Virus record (IMG/VR): IMGVR_UViG_3300025160_000007
Coordinates: 1 to 60,672 of that record
Strand: one strand, 5' to 3'
DNA from: a virus
Taxonomy: Duplodnaviria > Caudoviricetes
Length of the DNA stretch: 60,672 nt
The notes under the pieces were generated by a model that did not search any database, was not told where the DNA came from, and saw only the letters and a list, made by a program, of their open reading frames with translations. Below, piece by piece: positions 30,319-40,672 of this stretch (position 1 is the first letter of the stretch; every line of letters starts with the position of its first letter). The position numbers and the translations under genes were made by a program.

Positions 30319-32055
30319 ATGGCTATTTTTGGAAATTGGACTCCTATTACTTTTATAAATACAACGCCTCCGGCCATTGACCAAGATGCCCTAAACGACA
30401 TAGAGGATTGGATTGATATTGCCGATGAGGAAAACAGGAAGTCTCAAACTGTAAACTTTGAAAAAATTATGACTTATTTTTGGCAGAGAAACATAAATGA
30501 AATTGAAAATTTCTCTGCAGCATCCGAGTGGACAGCAGACGCGTCTTCTACTTTATCAGACGACACAACTAATAATGTTATTGGATCAAATGCTGTCAAA
30601 TTACTTGAGAGTGATAATGTAGCATCTTGGGTTGGAATGTCGCGAAATATAACCGCCCTTGATTTAACAAAATTTCATGATGGGTCTGCTTCTACAACAG
30701 CAGATTTAATTATGGTTTTATTTTATGTTACTGATATAACTAAATATACTTTATTTCAGATAAAGCTAGGAACTTCTAATGCACATAATTATAATTATGC
30801 TTGGAATCCAGCAGGCTTTTCGAATGGATGGAATGTAAGATGGATTAGAAAGAGTGTTATGACAACAACTGGAGCTCCGGCTTGGAATAACATTACTTAT
30901 TTAAGGGTTGATAGTTATTCAACAATAAACGCTCAAAATCAATATTTTACATTGCAATATCTTCAAATGATAAGAGCCGACCCTGATTTTGCTACATATA
31001 CAAATGCATTCCAAGAGTATTTTGGAGCTGCTACTGGTTGGATAAGCAAGTTTAGTGTATATTATGACTTATTTTCAATTATTTATGATGAGAAAATTAA
31101 TAAGTTGGGAACAATGAAGTTGGTTCCGGCCGATTTGTATGCGGGCCTCCATATTTATTGTTCGGTTTTATCTTTTCAAGGTAAATTTGAAATATATTCA
31201 AAGCTCGCTGGATATACGAATTCTATAGTTTGGATGGTAGATGCAACTAATTATATTGAATGTTATGTTAATGCAAATACTTTTTATTTAAATGCTGTTG
31301 AAGGTGGCGCGGCTACACCGACAAGTATTGCATTAACAAATAGTTTGCTTTTAAATGAAAGGGTTTTAATAGGCTTTGAAAAGGATGGCGATGTTGTAAG
31401 GGCTATTTTATCAAAAAATGGAGAGACCATAAAAATACTTGAATACGAGACAAGTATAGCCGATGAAGGATGTCTATATTTAGGAACCCAAGGAACCAGC
31501 GCGTGGGGTCTCGTAACTGATTTTGCTGTTGCTAACAATGTCGGTAATTTAAATATTTACAATGAAGAGGCAAAAGGCCCGAGGCTTATAAGGCTGTCCG
31601 CAGACCAGACTTATGCAAATAATACGATGACAGCTATTGCTGATTTTCTAATAAGATTAAAGCCAAATAGAATTTATAAAGTTGAAGCGATTATAAATGC
31701 ACATAACTCTGGCTCAGAGTTAGCAGATTTAAAAACTGATTGGGCTTCAAGTGGAGTCTCTTTATTAGGTTTAAAAAACTGTGTAGGAAGCGAAACAACA
31801 GCAGCGACTTCACAGCCAAACACTACTAAAAATAGATGTTCAGCTCATGCCCTCGCAACAGCTGTGCGTTATGAAATATCTGCATCTACAACATATGTCG
31901 CTATAAAAGAGGATTTTATAGTAAAGACAACCCAGGCCGGAGCTTATATTAATTTAAGAGCAGCACAGTATACAACCACCGCGGGGGCGGGCAACGAAAC
32001 AATCGTTGATGATACTTCATATGTTTTAGTTACAGAGGTATTTTGTGAAAAATAA
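30319..32055 (+). CDS. Putative receptor-binding/tail fiber protein
   Basis: PPAIDQDALNDIE N-terminal anchor; beta-rich Thr/Ala/Asn domains; end of tail module. Confidence 0.6.
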   Translation: MAIFGNWTPITFINTTPPAIDQDALNDIEDWIDIADEENRKSQTVNFEKIMTYFWQRNINEIENFSAASEWTADASSTLSDDTTNNVIGSNAVKLLESDNVASWVGMSRNITALDLTKFHDGSASTTADLIMVLFYVTDITKYTLFQIKLGTSNAHNYNYAWNPAGFSNGWNVRWIRKSVMTTTGAPAWNNITYLRVDSYSTINAQNQYFTLQYLQMIRADPDFATYTNAFQEYFGAATGWISKFSVYYDLFSIIYDEKINKLGTMKLVPADLYAGLHIYCSVLSFQGKFEIYSKLAGYTNSIVWMVDATNYIECYVNANTFYLNAVEGGAATPTSIALTNSLLLNERVLIGFEKDGDVVRAILSKNGETIKILEYETSIADEGCLYLGTQGTSAWGLVTDFAVANNVGNLNIYNEEAKGPRLIRLSADQTYANNTMTAIADFLIRLKPNRIYKVEAIINAHNSGSELADLKTDWASSGVSLLGLKNCVGSETTAATSQPNTTKNRCSAHALATAVRYEISASTTYVAIKEDFIVKTTQAGAYINLRAAQYTTTAGAGNETIVDDTSYVLVTEVFCEK

Positions 32056-32071
32056 GAAGGGATGAATAAAA

Positions 32072-32398
32072 ATGGCTGAAGAAAAAATATTAAATTTAAT
32101 TCTTGAGAATATGAAAGAAATGAAAACAGATATGAAGGAAGACCTGAAAAATTTAAGAGTTGAAATGAATTCCAAGTTTGATAACATCGAGAATGTTGTT
32201 AAAGGAATAAAAGAGGACATGGTTAAAAAAAACGATTGTAAGGAGGCTCGAGAGGGATGTACGAAATTAACCGAATTAGAGGTCGTCAAACATGAGTGGT
32301 CTTATAAAAAGATAATTGCTGTCGGCGGGGTTATAACCGCAACACTAACAGGTTCCACCGTGGCAATAACCACCATATTGAAGGCCATCTATGGTTAA
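32072..32398 (+). CDS. Coiled-coil protein with C-terminal TM helix (holin/XhlA-like)
   Basis: Heptad pattern plus hydrophobic C-terminus; position after tail genes. Confidence 0.5.
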   Translation: MAEEKILNLILENMKEMKTDMKEDLKNLRVEMNSKFDNIENVVKGIKEDMVKKNDCKEAREGCTKLTELEVVKHEWSYKKIIAVGGVITATLTGSTVAITTILKAIYG

Positions 32399-32573
32399 GT
32401 AAAAAGCAACGGTTAAAGGAAAACTTAAGATGTTTTTCTTTAACTGCTTGCTTTTTAATTTTATTGTGTTATAATCTCTTTAGGTAATATTTAAGGTCTC
32501 GTGAGGGGACATTGTATTTATACAATCTTTGTATTACCTAAAGAAATGGACATTGAAAAAAGAAGTTGCTTTG

Positions 32574-32678
32574 TATAGTTTGGTTTGAATCGCAGCCGAA
32601 CCAAACTATATAATCATAGTTGTATAGAAGTCTTGTAAATCCGAGCTGCGAAATTTGGATTTATGGGACTTCTTTTTA
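32574..32678 (+). ncRNA. Kissing-loop double hairpin RNA element, copy A
   Basis: Stem 32574-87/32597-610, loop AATCGCAGC; stem 32626-44/32655-73 (Watson-Crick and G-U only), loop GCTGCGAAAT; 7-nt loop complementarity; U-tract. Confidence 0.65.
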
Positions 32679-32697
32679 TATAGGGAGGAAATTTAAA

Positions 32698-33045
32698 ATG
32701 AATATTGAAAAATATGAAGCATTAAAACAAGCTATTCCCAGCAAATATCAAATTAAATTAAGATTTGATAATGGGAAACTGGGCCTTGATGTATTTAAGG
32801 GTAGCAAATTTTTAAAGCCAACACAGCGAACCGGAATGAAAACAACATATTTCAAATTATATGGAATTTATGAAGGGAAATTAAAAGGATATGCAGTCTC
32901 TAAGTATGAATTGTTTTGTTTTATATCTGGTGTTGATGTGGTTCAGCAGGAGGTTAGCCTAGAATATATTAATAAGAATATTGATAAAATCAAAAAATAT
33001 GCTAGGAAGGAATTGATTAAAAATCGATTAAGGGAAACATCTTAA
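32698..33045 (+). CDS. Hypothetical protein
   Basis: AGGGAGG SD before ATG at 32698. Confidence 0.7.
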   Translation: MNIEKYEALKQAIPSKYQIKLRFDNGKLGLDVFKGSKFLKPTQRTGMKTTYFKLYGIYEGKLKGYAVSKYELFCFISGVDVVQQEVSLEYINKNIDKIKKYARKELIKNRLRETS

Positions 33046-33081
33046 GGATTTATTTTAATTGAGAGAAAGAAGGGAGTTATT

Positions 33082-33270
33082 ATGATTGAGTTGGATGAAA
33101 CAAAAAAGAAGTATGACCGAATAGTGGATGAAGTTATCCTTAAGTTAACAATACTATTTACAGGGTTAGGCCTTATTTTTGGGGTATTACTTGATAATTT
33201 AACATTGACAATTGGCAGTTCTTGTTGTTTTTTAGTTATAAATATGTGGGCAATGAAATCTACTAAATAA
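33082..33270 (+). CDS. Small 2-TM protein, possible holin
   Basis: Two hydrophobic helices; next to amidase. Confidence 0.45.
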   Translation: MIELDETKKKYDRIVDEVILKLTILFTGLGLIFGVLLDNLTLTIGSSCCFLVINMWAMKSTK

Positions 33271-33387
33271 GAAAAATAAAAATATCTTTAATAAGTTTTT
33301 TTATAAAAAAGAAACCTAAAGATATTTTTTTTATGTTATAATAAGTATATCAAAACCAATATATCAAACGGTCTTAGCTATTGAAAC

Positions 33388-33431
33388 AAAAATAAGGCAC
33401 CCAACGGACAGCATGGTGCCTTATTTTTTTT
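33388..33431. terminator. Bidirectional terminator
   Basis: AAAAATAAGGCACC...GGTGCCTTATTTTT. Confidence 0.75.
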
Positions 33432-33436
33432 ATGTC

Positions 33437-34153
33437 TTAAGTATTTTTAACTTTTTTAATTATAGGTTTGTAACCTAATTTAGTTAAATCAGCTGCTTGT
33501 TTTTTTGCATTGGCTTCTATCCCAAATGCACCCGTCTGCACCTGCCAAATATAATCGCTCTTTGTCGGGTCTTTTTTCATCTCAATACCAAATAACCCTT
33601 GCAAAATATTATAAGCGAAAAAATCGGCAGTCTTGTCAATATAGTTGGCATCTGTTAATATCTCAAAGTCTTCTGGATTATCAATAAACAATGGTTCAAC
33701 GATAAAAACCGTTGTATCTTTCCCGGATAATCTATGAACTCCATAATGGTCTCTACCTGCTGAATTTAATTTAACTTGAGCTCCCCTGTTTGGAATGCCC
33801 ATTAATTTTGAATATCCTTTACACAAATAACTTGCAAAGTCTTTATTTTTCTGTGCTGTAAAATTACTTGTAAGGATTTCAATCCCTCTCGCTTTTTTAT
33901 TAAAAGCGTTGTGATGCCATTCGAACCAATAAACTGGAGCCATCTTGTCGGCTATTTTACACCTGTCAGATATCTCTATAAAAGTATCTCCGGTTCTTAA
34001 GATTCGTGCATTGGTTCCTAAATAAGGGGAAACTCTCTCATGAACAGCTTTGCATAATTTTAAATTGTAGGTCTTTTCATAACTCTTGTCGCAGGCTATT
34101 GCGCCCACGTCTTTCCCGCCATGGCCCGCACCATTTAATAATATTCTTGACAT
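33437..34153 (-). CDS. N-acetylmuramoyl-L-alanine amidase (Amidase_3) with SPOR-like C-terminus; endolysin
   Basis: AGHGGKDVGA, EK, HHNA, VEPLFIDN; WQVQTGAF...NA. Confidence 0.9.
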   Translation of the reverse strand: MSRILLNGAGHGGKDVGAIACDKSYEKTYNLKLCKAVHERVSPYLGTNARILRTGDTFIEISDRCKIADKMAPVYWFEWHHNAFNKKARGIEILTSNFTAQKNKDFASYLCKGYSKLMGIPNRGAQVKLNSAGRDHYGVHRLSGKDTTVFIVEPLFIDNPEDFEILTDANYIDKTADFFAYNILQGLFGIEMKKDPTKSDYIWQVQTGAFGIEANAKKQAADLTKLGYKPIIKKVKNT

Positions 34154-34293
34154 TTAATTACACTCTCCTTTTTGTTTTTTTTGCATTTCTTACATAAAAT
34201 TTTAGTTATTAATTCGTTTTTATGGTCTTCCTGTAACAATTGTTTATTACAGACAACACAATATACATACTTAACCAACTTAAAACACCTGCC

Positions 34294-35052
34294 CTATAAT
34301 ATTTTTATCTTAAGAACGCCGCCAGCTTTGGTTCCTATTTGGACAGGCTTAACTTCGCCCGTCTCTTTATCAATTGCATTATTATTATGGATTAATAATG
34401 TTTTTTTATAGTTTTCCCAGTCAACTTCTTTTTTGGTTTTTATATATTTATCAGGTACTTTATCAATGTCTTCAGGTTTAATTAAAAAAGGAACTTCCCG
34501 GCTAAAGCTGATTTTAGCTGAAGGAAATTTAAGACTATATTCTGTTTTTGCTTTTGTACACTCGTCAATTCTTATTTGAGGCCTGATATAACCTAACAAA
34601 TCCTCTTCGGCAGCTTTTATATTTTGATTATATTGTTGTATTTTTTGAACATATTCGTCCCTCATTGCTTCAGCAATGTGAATCAATCTTCTATTACTTT
34701 CTTCAAGTGCTTTAAATTCTTGGATTCTTTTTTCAATTAAAAAATCCCTATCAGCCAGCTTTTTTATTTGGCTGACATCTATAAACTTTTTTACTTTTAT
34801 AGTTTCTTCAATTTCCTCAACTTCAACGGCTATCTGCGGAAAATATTCATTTTCTTGGTTCTCAGTCAATCCTTTGTCGTATTCAACTGAATATAATTTG
34901 CCATCTATCTTTAAAATTACTTCACAGCTTTGGCTCCAACGCCTGCTTTCTCCTACTATTGTTTTAACCTGGTCGAAGCTCCATATTGTTTTTTCTACTT
35001 CGTCTGAGGTTAATTCTACACCGTTTTTAATCTTGTCTATTATATTATCCAT
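34294..35052 (-). CDS. Gam-like protein with extra N-terminal domain
   Basis: SLKFPSAKI, IKTKKEVDWENYKK, IDKETGEV; similar to 13963-14523. Confidence 0.6.
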   Translation of the reverse strand: MDNIIDKIKNGVELTSDEVEKTIWSFDQVKTIVGESRRWSQSCEVILKIDGKLYSVEYDKGLTENQENEYFPQIAVEVEEIEETIKVKKFIDVSQIKKLADRDFLIEKRIQEFKALEESNRRLIHIAEAMRDEYVQKIQQYNQNIKAAEEDLLGYIRPQIRIDECTKAKTEYSLKFPSAKISFSREVPFLIKPEDIDKVPDKYIKTKKEVDWENYKKTLLIHNNNAIDKETGEVKPVQIGTKAGGVLKIKIL

Positions 35053-35077
35053 AATTCTATTCTCCTTTTAAGTTATT

Positions 35078-35818
35078 TTAATTGTTTTTCCAGCCCTTTA
35101 AATCTTTTAAAAAAAACTGTTCTTCTTTCATTGCTGCCTTTGGAAGCCCTTTTATTTCCTTTGGAGGTTTTCCTATGCAATAAATATCTTTTTCTGGCAG
35201 CTTATTTTGGCCCTGGTTATCCACATTATCAACAGAGTTATCCACAGGTTTAGATTCCTTAAATAGCAAAACATTATTGAATCCTTCTATTATTTTATCA
35301 GCGGCATTTTGGAATATGTTTGGTTGTCTTGCATTTATTTTTATTTTTGGTTTTTCAATAAAAGGCTCATCATAAATAACCTCTGTCCTTTCATCTGTCT
35401 GTTTTGGAACTATTCTTTTTTGTTTTGGGTTAAAGAAAGATGTCTCTTTGTTGGGTTCGAAGTTGCTGACATTATTATATTTGTTTATATTTAATTGAGA
35501 TTGCATCTCTTCATCAATTACTTTTAATAGTTGAGTATCAAAGGCCTCCCCTTTATGGGCAATTAATATTTTTCTTATTTCTTTTAAAAATTCCAATGTT
35601 GCCTTATTATGCTTATCTATTGTATAAGATGACTGTTCAAAGCTTTGTAGGGCAATTTGATGGCAATTAACCATCTTTGAACAGTCGTCCAGTCTTTCAA
35701 TTATCTTTCGAGTTTTTACGGTTAAAAAGAATATAAAAGCAATTAGGAACACAATGCTCCCAATTACAACAATCGCCGAATTCGCTAAAACAAAACTTAA
35801 AAATTCATATTTATTCAT
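35078..35818 (-). CDS. Hypothetical membrane-anchored protein
   Basis: N-terminal TM helix. Confidence 0.65.
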   Translation of the reverse strand: MNKYEFLSFVLANSAIVVIGSIVFLIAFIFFLTVKTRKIIERLDDCSKMVNCHQIALQSFEQSSYTIDKHNKATLEFLKEIRKILIAHKGEAFDTQLLKVIDEEMQSQLNINKYNNVSNFEPNKETSFFNPKQKRIVPKQTDERTEVIYDEPFIEKPKIKINARQPNIFQNAADKIIEGFNNVLLFKESKPVDNSVDNVDNQGQNKLPEKDIYCIGKPPKEIKGLPKAAMKEEQFFLKDLKGWKNN

Positions 35819-36344
35819 TTCTATTTACCATCCTTTAATTTTTTTTTAAAAGTATTATCGGGCAAATTGCCCGATATTATGTAATTTGCTGCATTTAGAA
35901 GACTAAGCTGGTAATACTTATCGCCGTCCTGAACCGCTAAAGTTAAAGAATAAAGTGTGTCCCCATAGGAGTATACATCTGCTCGTAAATCCTTAAGGCT
36001 TAAAAATGTTTTACTATTTCCGTTTAGTTTTGCATAAATTTTAAACATATACAATTCTCCTTTTATATATATATCTTCTACTTACAATGGTCAAGAATCA
36101 AAGAATCCAAACGATGTAAATACATTATATTATGGGTCTCTTTACAGTTATAATAATCAAGGCAAAATGCTGTAAAATTAAAGTCATTAGGGACTTCTTT
36201 TGTTATTCTGTTACAGTTTACAACTGAAGGGCTATATAGAAAACATGGACTGTAAAAAGCTAAAAACTTTTTCCCCTCAGATTCTTCAATTCGAAACGAT
36301 ACGATTTTAAAACTAGTCTGCTCCTCTTCGTTAATAATATACAA

Positions 36345-36650
36345 TTATAAAACAACTCCCTTCATATATTCTTTAACTCCATGCCCTAATTTACAATTAA
36401 TATCAGAGCATGCAAAGTTTCCTTCTGTTAATATAATTTGTTTTTTGCAAATAGGACATAATTTATCAATAGGATGAAAAATTATGTTTTCCAATTTTTC
36501 AAAGGGATAATTATACCCTCTGATATAAACTTTTAGCGCGTCCTCTATTATCTTACTAATAGGTAGGTCTGCTTCAATCTTATTTATTGCTTTTACCTGC
36601 AGGTAAATATCTCTGTCTATTTTTACATTCATACTTACTTTATTATCCAT
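36345..36650 (-). CDS. Ribbon-helix-helix-like protein with C-terminal Zn ribbon
   Basis: VSMNVKIDRDIY...ISKIIEDALKVYI; CPIC...CSDINC. Confidence 0.55.
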   Translation of the reverse strand: MDNKVSMNVKIDRDIYLQVKAINKIEADLPISKIIEDALKVYIRGYNYPFEKLENIIFHPIDKLCPICKKQIILTEGNFACSDINCKLGHGVKEYMKGVVL

Positions 36651-36700
36651 GCTGGACCACCCTCTCCTGAATGTTTTTATTAACCGATTAATTTATTCTT

Positions 36701-36775
36701 ATTATACATCAAGTTTTTAAAATAGTCAAATACATTTAAAAAGTGGTTGACTTCTTTTGTAGGAAGAACTATAAT
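36701..36775. promoter_or_regulatory. Back-to-back sigmaA promoters
   Basis: Minus strand TTGACT(36729)-17-TATAAT(36706); plus strand TTGACT(36747)-17-TATAAT(36770). Confidence 0.8.
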
Positions 36776-36784
36776 ATAAGAAGG

Positions 36785-36833
36785 TGAGACGTGAACGGTG
36801 GTTCTTAACCCGGTTCGAGGCCGGGCGTTTCAA
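36785..36833 (+). ncRNA. Truncated tRNA-like structure in the recT leader
   Basis: 7-bp acceptor-like stem TGAGACG/CGTTTCA, T-arm CCCGG-TTCGAGG-CCGGG, single 4-bp inner hairpin. Confidence 0.55.
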
Positions 36834-36868
36834 TAGGGTAAAAGCCCTTATATTAAGGAGGTTATATA

Positions 36869-37897
36869 ATGCCAGATTATAAAAACGAGGTTATAAAAGT
36901 ACAAACAGACAACGGAGACATCGTTTTGTCGAATCAAATTGTTAGGGAAACCCTGGCAATAGGTAATAACATCACGGACAGCGAAATATACAACTTTATG
37001 ATGTTATGTAAATATAGAAACTTGAATCCCTTTCTAAAGGAGGCATATATTGTTAAGTTTAACGATACTGCTCAGATACTTGTAGGGAAGGATGCCATGA
37101 TAAAAAGGCTTCATAACAATCCGGCCTGTGAAGGTTGGGAGGCTGGAATTATTGCATGGGATAAAGAAAACTCAAAGATAATTGAAAGGGAAGGTTCTTT
37201 CTTTTTAAAGGATGAAGAGCTGGTTGGAGCATATTGTATTATCCGCAGGAGGGGTTGGGTAAATCCATATAAATGGACGATTAACCTTAGAGACTACCTG
37301 AGAACACATAAAAATAAGGCTGGTCAAATTGTGCCGATGGGCAATTGGGGAATAATGCCTGGCGTTATGTTAACAAAATGTGCAATTGTAGCAACAATCC
37401 GGAATGTCTTCCCAGAGGATGTTGGCGGGTGTTATACAGAGGATGAAGTTGGTATTCCATCGGATGCAATTGATGTGACGCCAGACACTGATTCGCCTAA
37501 GCAGCCATCTAAACAAAAATCGGAGCCTGTAAAGACAACTATTGAACAAAATCAAATCGCCCAGCTTTGTATCACGGCTGCTGGGAATTCTAAAACTGCA
37601 GGATATAATCCGGAAGACTTACTTAAATTTGCAATGGAATCGTTGGTTCAAGGGAAAATATTAGAAAGCACATCAAAACGTGAGATTCCAAAGGATAAAT
37701 TTAAAACTGTATTAGATTATGTAAAAAAATTAGCTGAAAATAAACTAAAGGCTCATTTAAAAAAAGAATCTGATAAAAAGTTGAAAGAAGAACCTGCTGT
37801 CCCAGAAGGTCTGCCAATTGAGGACGCTAAACACGCACAGCCTGCCGGTAAAAAAGAAGATAGTAAAATGGAGGGAGATTCTAAAGTTGGAAATTAG
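36869..37897 (+). CDS. bet: RecT/Bet single-strand annealing protein
   Basis: FMMLCKYRNLNPFLKEAYIVKF, LVGAYC, WGIMPGVMLTKCA...IRNVFPEDVGGCYTEDE. Confidence 0.85.
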   Translation: MPDYKNEVIKVQTDNGDIVLSNQIVRETLAIGNNITDSEIYNFMMLCKYRNLNPFLKEAYIVKFNDTAQILVGKDAMIKRLHNNPACEGWEAGIIAWDKENSKIIEREGSFFLKDEELVGAYCIIRRRGWVNPYKWTINLRDYLRTHKNKAGQIVPMGNWGIMPGVMLTKCAIVATIRNVFPEDVGGCYTEDEVGIPSDAIDVTPDTDSPKQPSKQKSEPVKTTIEQNQIAQLCITAAGNSKTAGYNPEDLLKFAMESLVQGKILESTSKREIPKDKFKTVLDYVKKLAENKLKAHLKKESDKKLKEEPAVPEGLPIEDAKHAQPAGKKEDSKMEGDSKVGN

Positions 37898-38048
37898 AAA
37901 AGTCGTGAAAGTAGGGAAGACCAGCTGCGGCGTTGGTCTCCCTAAAAAATTTATGAAGCTGTTAGGAATCGAACATAAAGATATCCTAAAAGTCTACATA
38001 GATGGAAATAAAATAGTATTTGAAAAGTATAATTTGAAGGAGGAGTAA
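37887..38048 (+). CDS. AbrB/MazE-like DNA-binding protein
   Basis: RKVVKVGKTSCGVGLPK...LGI..KD.L. Confidence 0.7.
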   Translation: MEIRKVVKVGKTSCGVGLPKKFMKLLGIEHKDILKVYIDGNKIVFEKYNLKEE

Positions 38049-38289
38049 TTATGGATTATTGCGAAAAGTGTGGCTCGCTTATTGTTGACAAAAGGTGTTC
38101 TAATAGAGGCTGTTACGGGCTAAATAAAAGGAATCAAGAAGTAAAAAGGAAAAAGTGGATGATAGGGAGCGATATTATTTACTTTTCGCATCCAGTTACT
38201 TTTAATGAGGCTCAAGAGCTCCAGCAAAAAGCTTTTGACGATATGACCGATAAAAGAATGAAATATTATTAAAAAAAAGGGGAGTTATT

Positions 38290-38505
38290 ATGTTATTTAC
38301 TGATAATAAAAAGAAAAATCTTATAAGAAACTGGCGAGTTTATAATGGTTGGACTCAGGAAGAACTGGCCGAAAAAGCAAAAATATCAACAAATTTAATT
38401 AGATTATATGAATTAAATCAAAAGACACTAAAATATCAAACTGCAAAAAAAATCGCAGATTTATTTGGCATAAGTTTAAAACAATTATATGAAGAGGGGA
38501 AATGA
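38290..38505 (+). CDS. XRE-family HTH regulator
   Basis: WTQEELAEKAKISTNLIRLYE...KIADLFGIS. Confidence 0.85.
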   Translation: MLFTDNKKKNLIRNWRVYNGWTQEELAEKAKISTNLIRLYELNQKTLKYQTAKKIADLFGISLKQLYEEGK

Positions 38506-39334
38506 TTAAAATGGGAGATTATTTTGCAGACTGGTTAGATAAAATATTAGGTTCTGTCGAAGAATTGTTTAATGCGTTCTGGGATGCATCAGAATATGCA
38601 ATTGAAACTGCATTAAATGAATCAGGGAAAAGCCTTGAATCAAGTGTTGGCTGGTATAAAGAATTGATAATAAAAGAGTATAGAGCAGCATATGAAAAAA
38701 TCAAAGATGACAGAGCAAAGACAATTAATAAGATATACGATAAATTAACAGATGAAAAAGAGATAAAAAAAGCAATACAGCAAACAGATGAATTGAAAGA
38801 AAAAAGAGAGAAGAAATTAGAAGCAAAAAAAGCCGCTCAATTAGATAAATTAACCAAAGCAAGAGAGCGGAGACTTGAAAAATTAAAAAAATTAGGATAA
38901 AAACAAAACATTAATTAATTTCAGCAGGCCTTAATTAAGCCTGCTGAAATTAAAAGACTGGAGAAAAGCTTTATGGATATGAATAATTATAACACTAAAA
39001 AAGATTGTAGAAAAAATTTGGGTGAACTTATAAAGTATAAAGAAAATTTTAGTTTTTTAACCTTGGAATTCAAAAAGAAAGAAACCTACAGGTATAACTT
39101 AATTAAGTTATTAATATTTCTTGAAAAATTCCAGAAGGCTCAAATGTGTGTAAAAGCATGCGGGCCAAACAGAATGGGAACTGCTTTTATTTTTATTCCT
39201 ATAAAAACCGAAGCACAGGTTCGGGAGGCTTTTAGCGATATAGTTGATTTTGCTAAAAGATTAAATCTTAAGCACCCAGAGCTTGATTTTAAATCTGTTG
39301 AAAATATTAAAAATAATTTTAAGGAAGATTAAAA

Positions 39335-39689
39335 TGTATAAAGGATTTGAAGAAAAATGGAGAGATATTAAGGAATATGAAGGACTCTATCAGATAAGCA
39401 ACTATGGAAACGTTAAAAGTCTTTCGTATAGGAGGATGGGAATATGCAAGGAATTAGCAAAAATAAAAAATTCTAACGGATATATATCTGCTTCACTAAC
39501 CTGAGAATAATGCCCAAATCTGACTATGAAAATAATGGAAACTCAAAACTTACTAAAAAAGATGTAATTGAAATAAATTTACTGATTAACAATAATCTAA
39601 AAATAAAAGATATAGCCTGGAAATATAACGTTTCTTATTATGCTATATGGGCTATAAAGAAAGGAATAACATGGAAGGGTATAGTATAG
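39335..39689 (+). pseudogene. Split NUMOD4-HNH-HTH endonuclease remnant (HNH core absent)
   Basis: 39335-39504 EKWRDIKEYEGLYQISNYGNVKS; 39510-39689 ENNGNSKLT...IAWKYNVS...GITW. Confidence 0.7.
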
Positions 39690-40192
39690 AAAAAAATATG
39701 GTTATTCTTTGCGATACGAGAGAAAAAAAGAAAGAACACATAACAAAGGTCTGGGATGAAAAAAATATAAAATATAAGGAGCAAAAACTATTAACCGGAG
39801 ATTATAGCTTTACTTTGGATGGGATAAATCTGGAGTATGAAATAGTAATTGAAAGAAAGGCCTCTTTGGATGAATTGTGTTTAAACTTTACAAAGACAAG
39901 GGAAAGATTCGAGCGGGAATTTATAAGGGCTGACCTTAAGAAAACCTTCATGTTCCTTTTAATTGAAAACGCAACAATGCAAGATATTATCAATCATAAT
40001 TATAGGAGCAAAATGCATCCAAATTCCCTTATTGGTTCCCTAAAAAGCTGGAAAGAAAAATATAATATCTATTTGGTTTTTTGCCAAAGAGACAAGGTTG
40101 CAATATATATCTTGGAAACCTTCAAGAGATATATAAAAAAATACCTGCTGAAGGATTCCATTGATAATAAAATAATTGATTTAAAAGAATAA
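39671..40192 (+). CDS. ERCC4-domain nuclease
   Basis: CDTRE, LLTGDYS, IERKASLDEL, LLIE. Confidence 0.88.
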   Translation: MEGYSIEKNMVILCDTREKKKEHITKVWDEKNIKYKEQKLLTGDYSFTLDGINLEYEIVIERKASLDELCLNFTKTRERFEREFIRADLKKTFMFLLIENATMQDIINHNYRSKMHPNSLIGSLKSWKEKYNIYLVFCQRDKVAIYILETFKRYIKKYLLKDSIDNKIIDLKE

Positions 40193-40195
40193 GGC

Positions 40196-40381
40196 CTAAA
40201 AATTAGGCCCTTCGTTCTCTTGTATGTATTCCAACATCTTCATTCTTAGCCATGCACCCATAGCTAAACCGGTTTTTTCTTTCACTATTTTTTGAGCTTT
40301 TTTGTAAATTGAAAGCTCGATTTTTAAACTTTTTGGAACTCTAATCTCGTCGCCATTCTCGTTATATTTTACATCTTCCAT
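40196..40381 (-). CDS. Small RHH-like regulator (candidate GTAWTAC-binding repressor)
   Basis: PKSLKIELSIY...MGAWLRMKMLEYI; GGAGGG SD; own boxed promoter. Confidence 0.55.
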   Translation of the reverse strand: MEDVKYNENGDEIRVPKSLKIELSIYKKAQKIVKEKTGLAMGAWLRMKMLEYIQENEGPNF

Positions 40382-40410
40382 AAAAATCCCTCCATTAACT
40401 TATTACTCAT

Positions 40411-40496
40411 ATTATACTATATAAGTAATACTAAATCAAATAATTTAAATTATTTTTATAAAAAGTATTGACTAAGTAATACCTTCATGGTATAAT
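40411..40496. promoter_or_regulatory. Divergent promoter pair, each with a GTAWTAC box
   Basis: Minus strand TTGATT-17-TATAAT (40439-40411); plus strand TTGACT-17-TATAAT (40468-40496). Confidence 0.8.
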
Positions 40497-40531
40497 ATGA
40501 GTATAGTAAAGAACGGAGGGAGGTGGACGAA

Positions 40532-40672
40532 TTGGCTAAAAAGAAAGACAAGAACGACTGCCCATACTGCGGCGAATCGAAAACAAACAACAAAATTATA
40601 GGGTTTGACGAAGATGGGAACGGAATAGCAAAATGCAGCAACTGCGGCAAAAATTACACAATACAAAAATAA
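40532..40672 (+). CDS. Small Zn-ribbon protein (46 aa)
   Basis: GGAGG SD, TTG start, CPYC...CSNC. Confidence 0.6.
   Translation: MAKKKDKNDCPYCGESKTNNKIIGFDEDGNGIAKCSNCGKNYTIQK

Noticed and set aside
36785-36833. Functional tRNA gene
   Set aside because: Only ~49 nt with no anticodon arm; kept as a tRNA-like element
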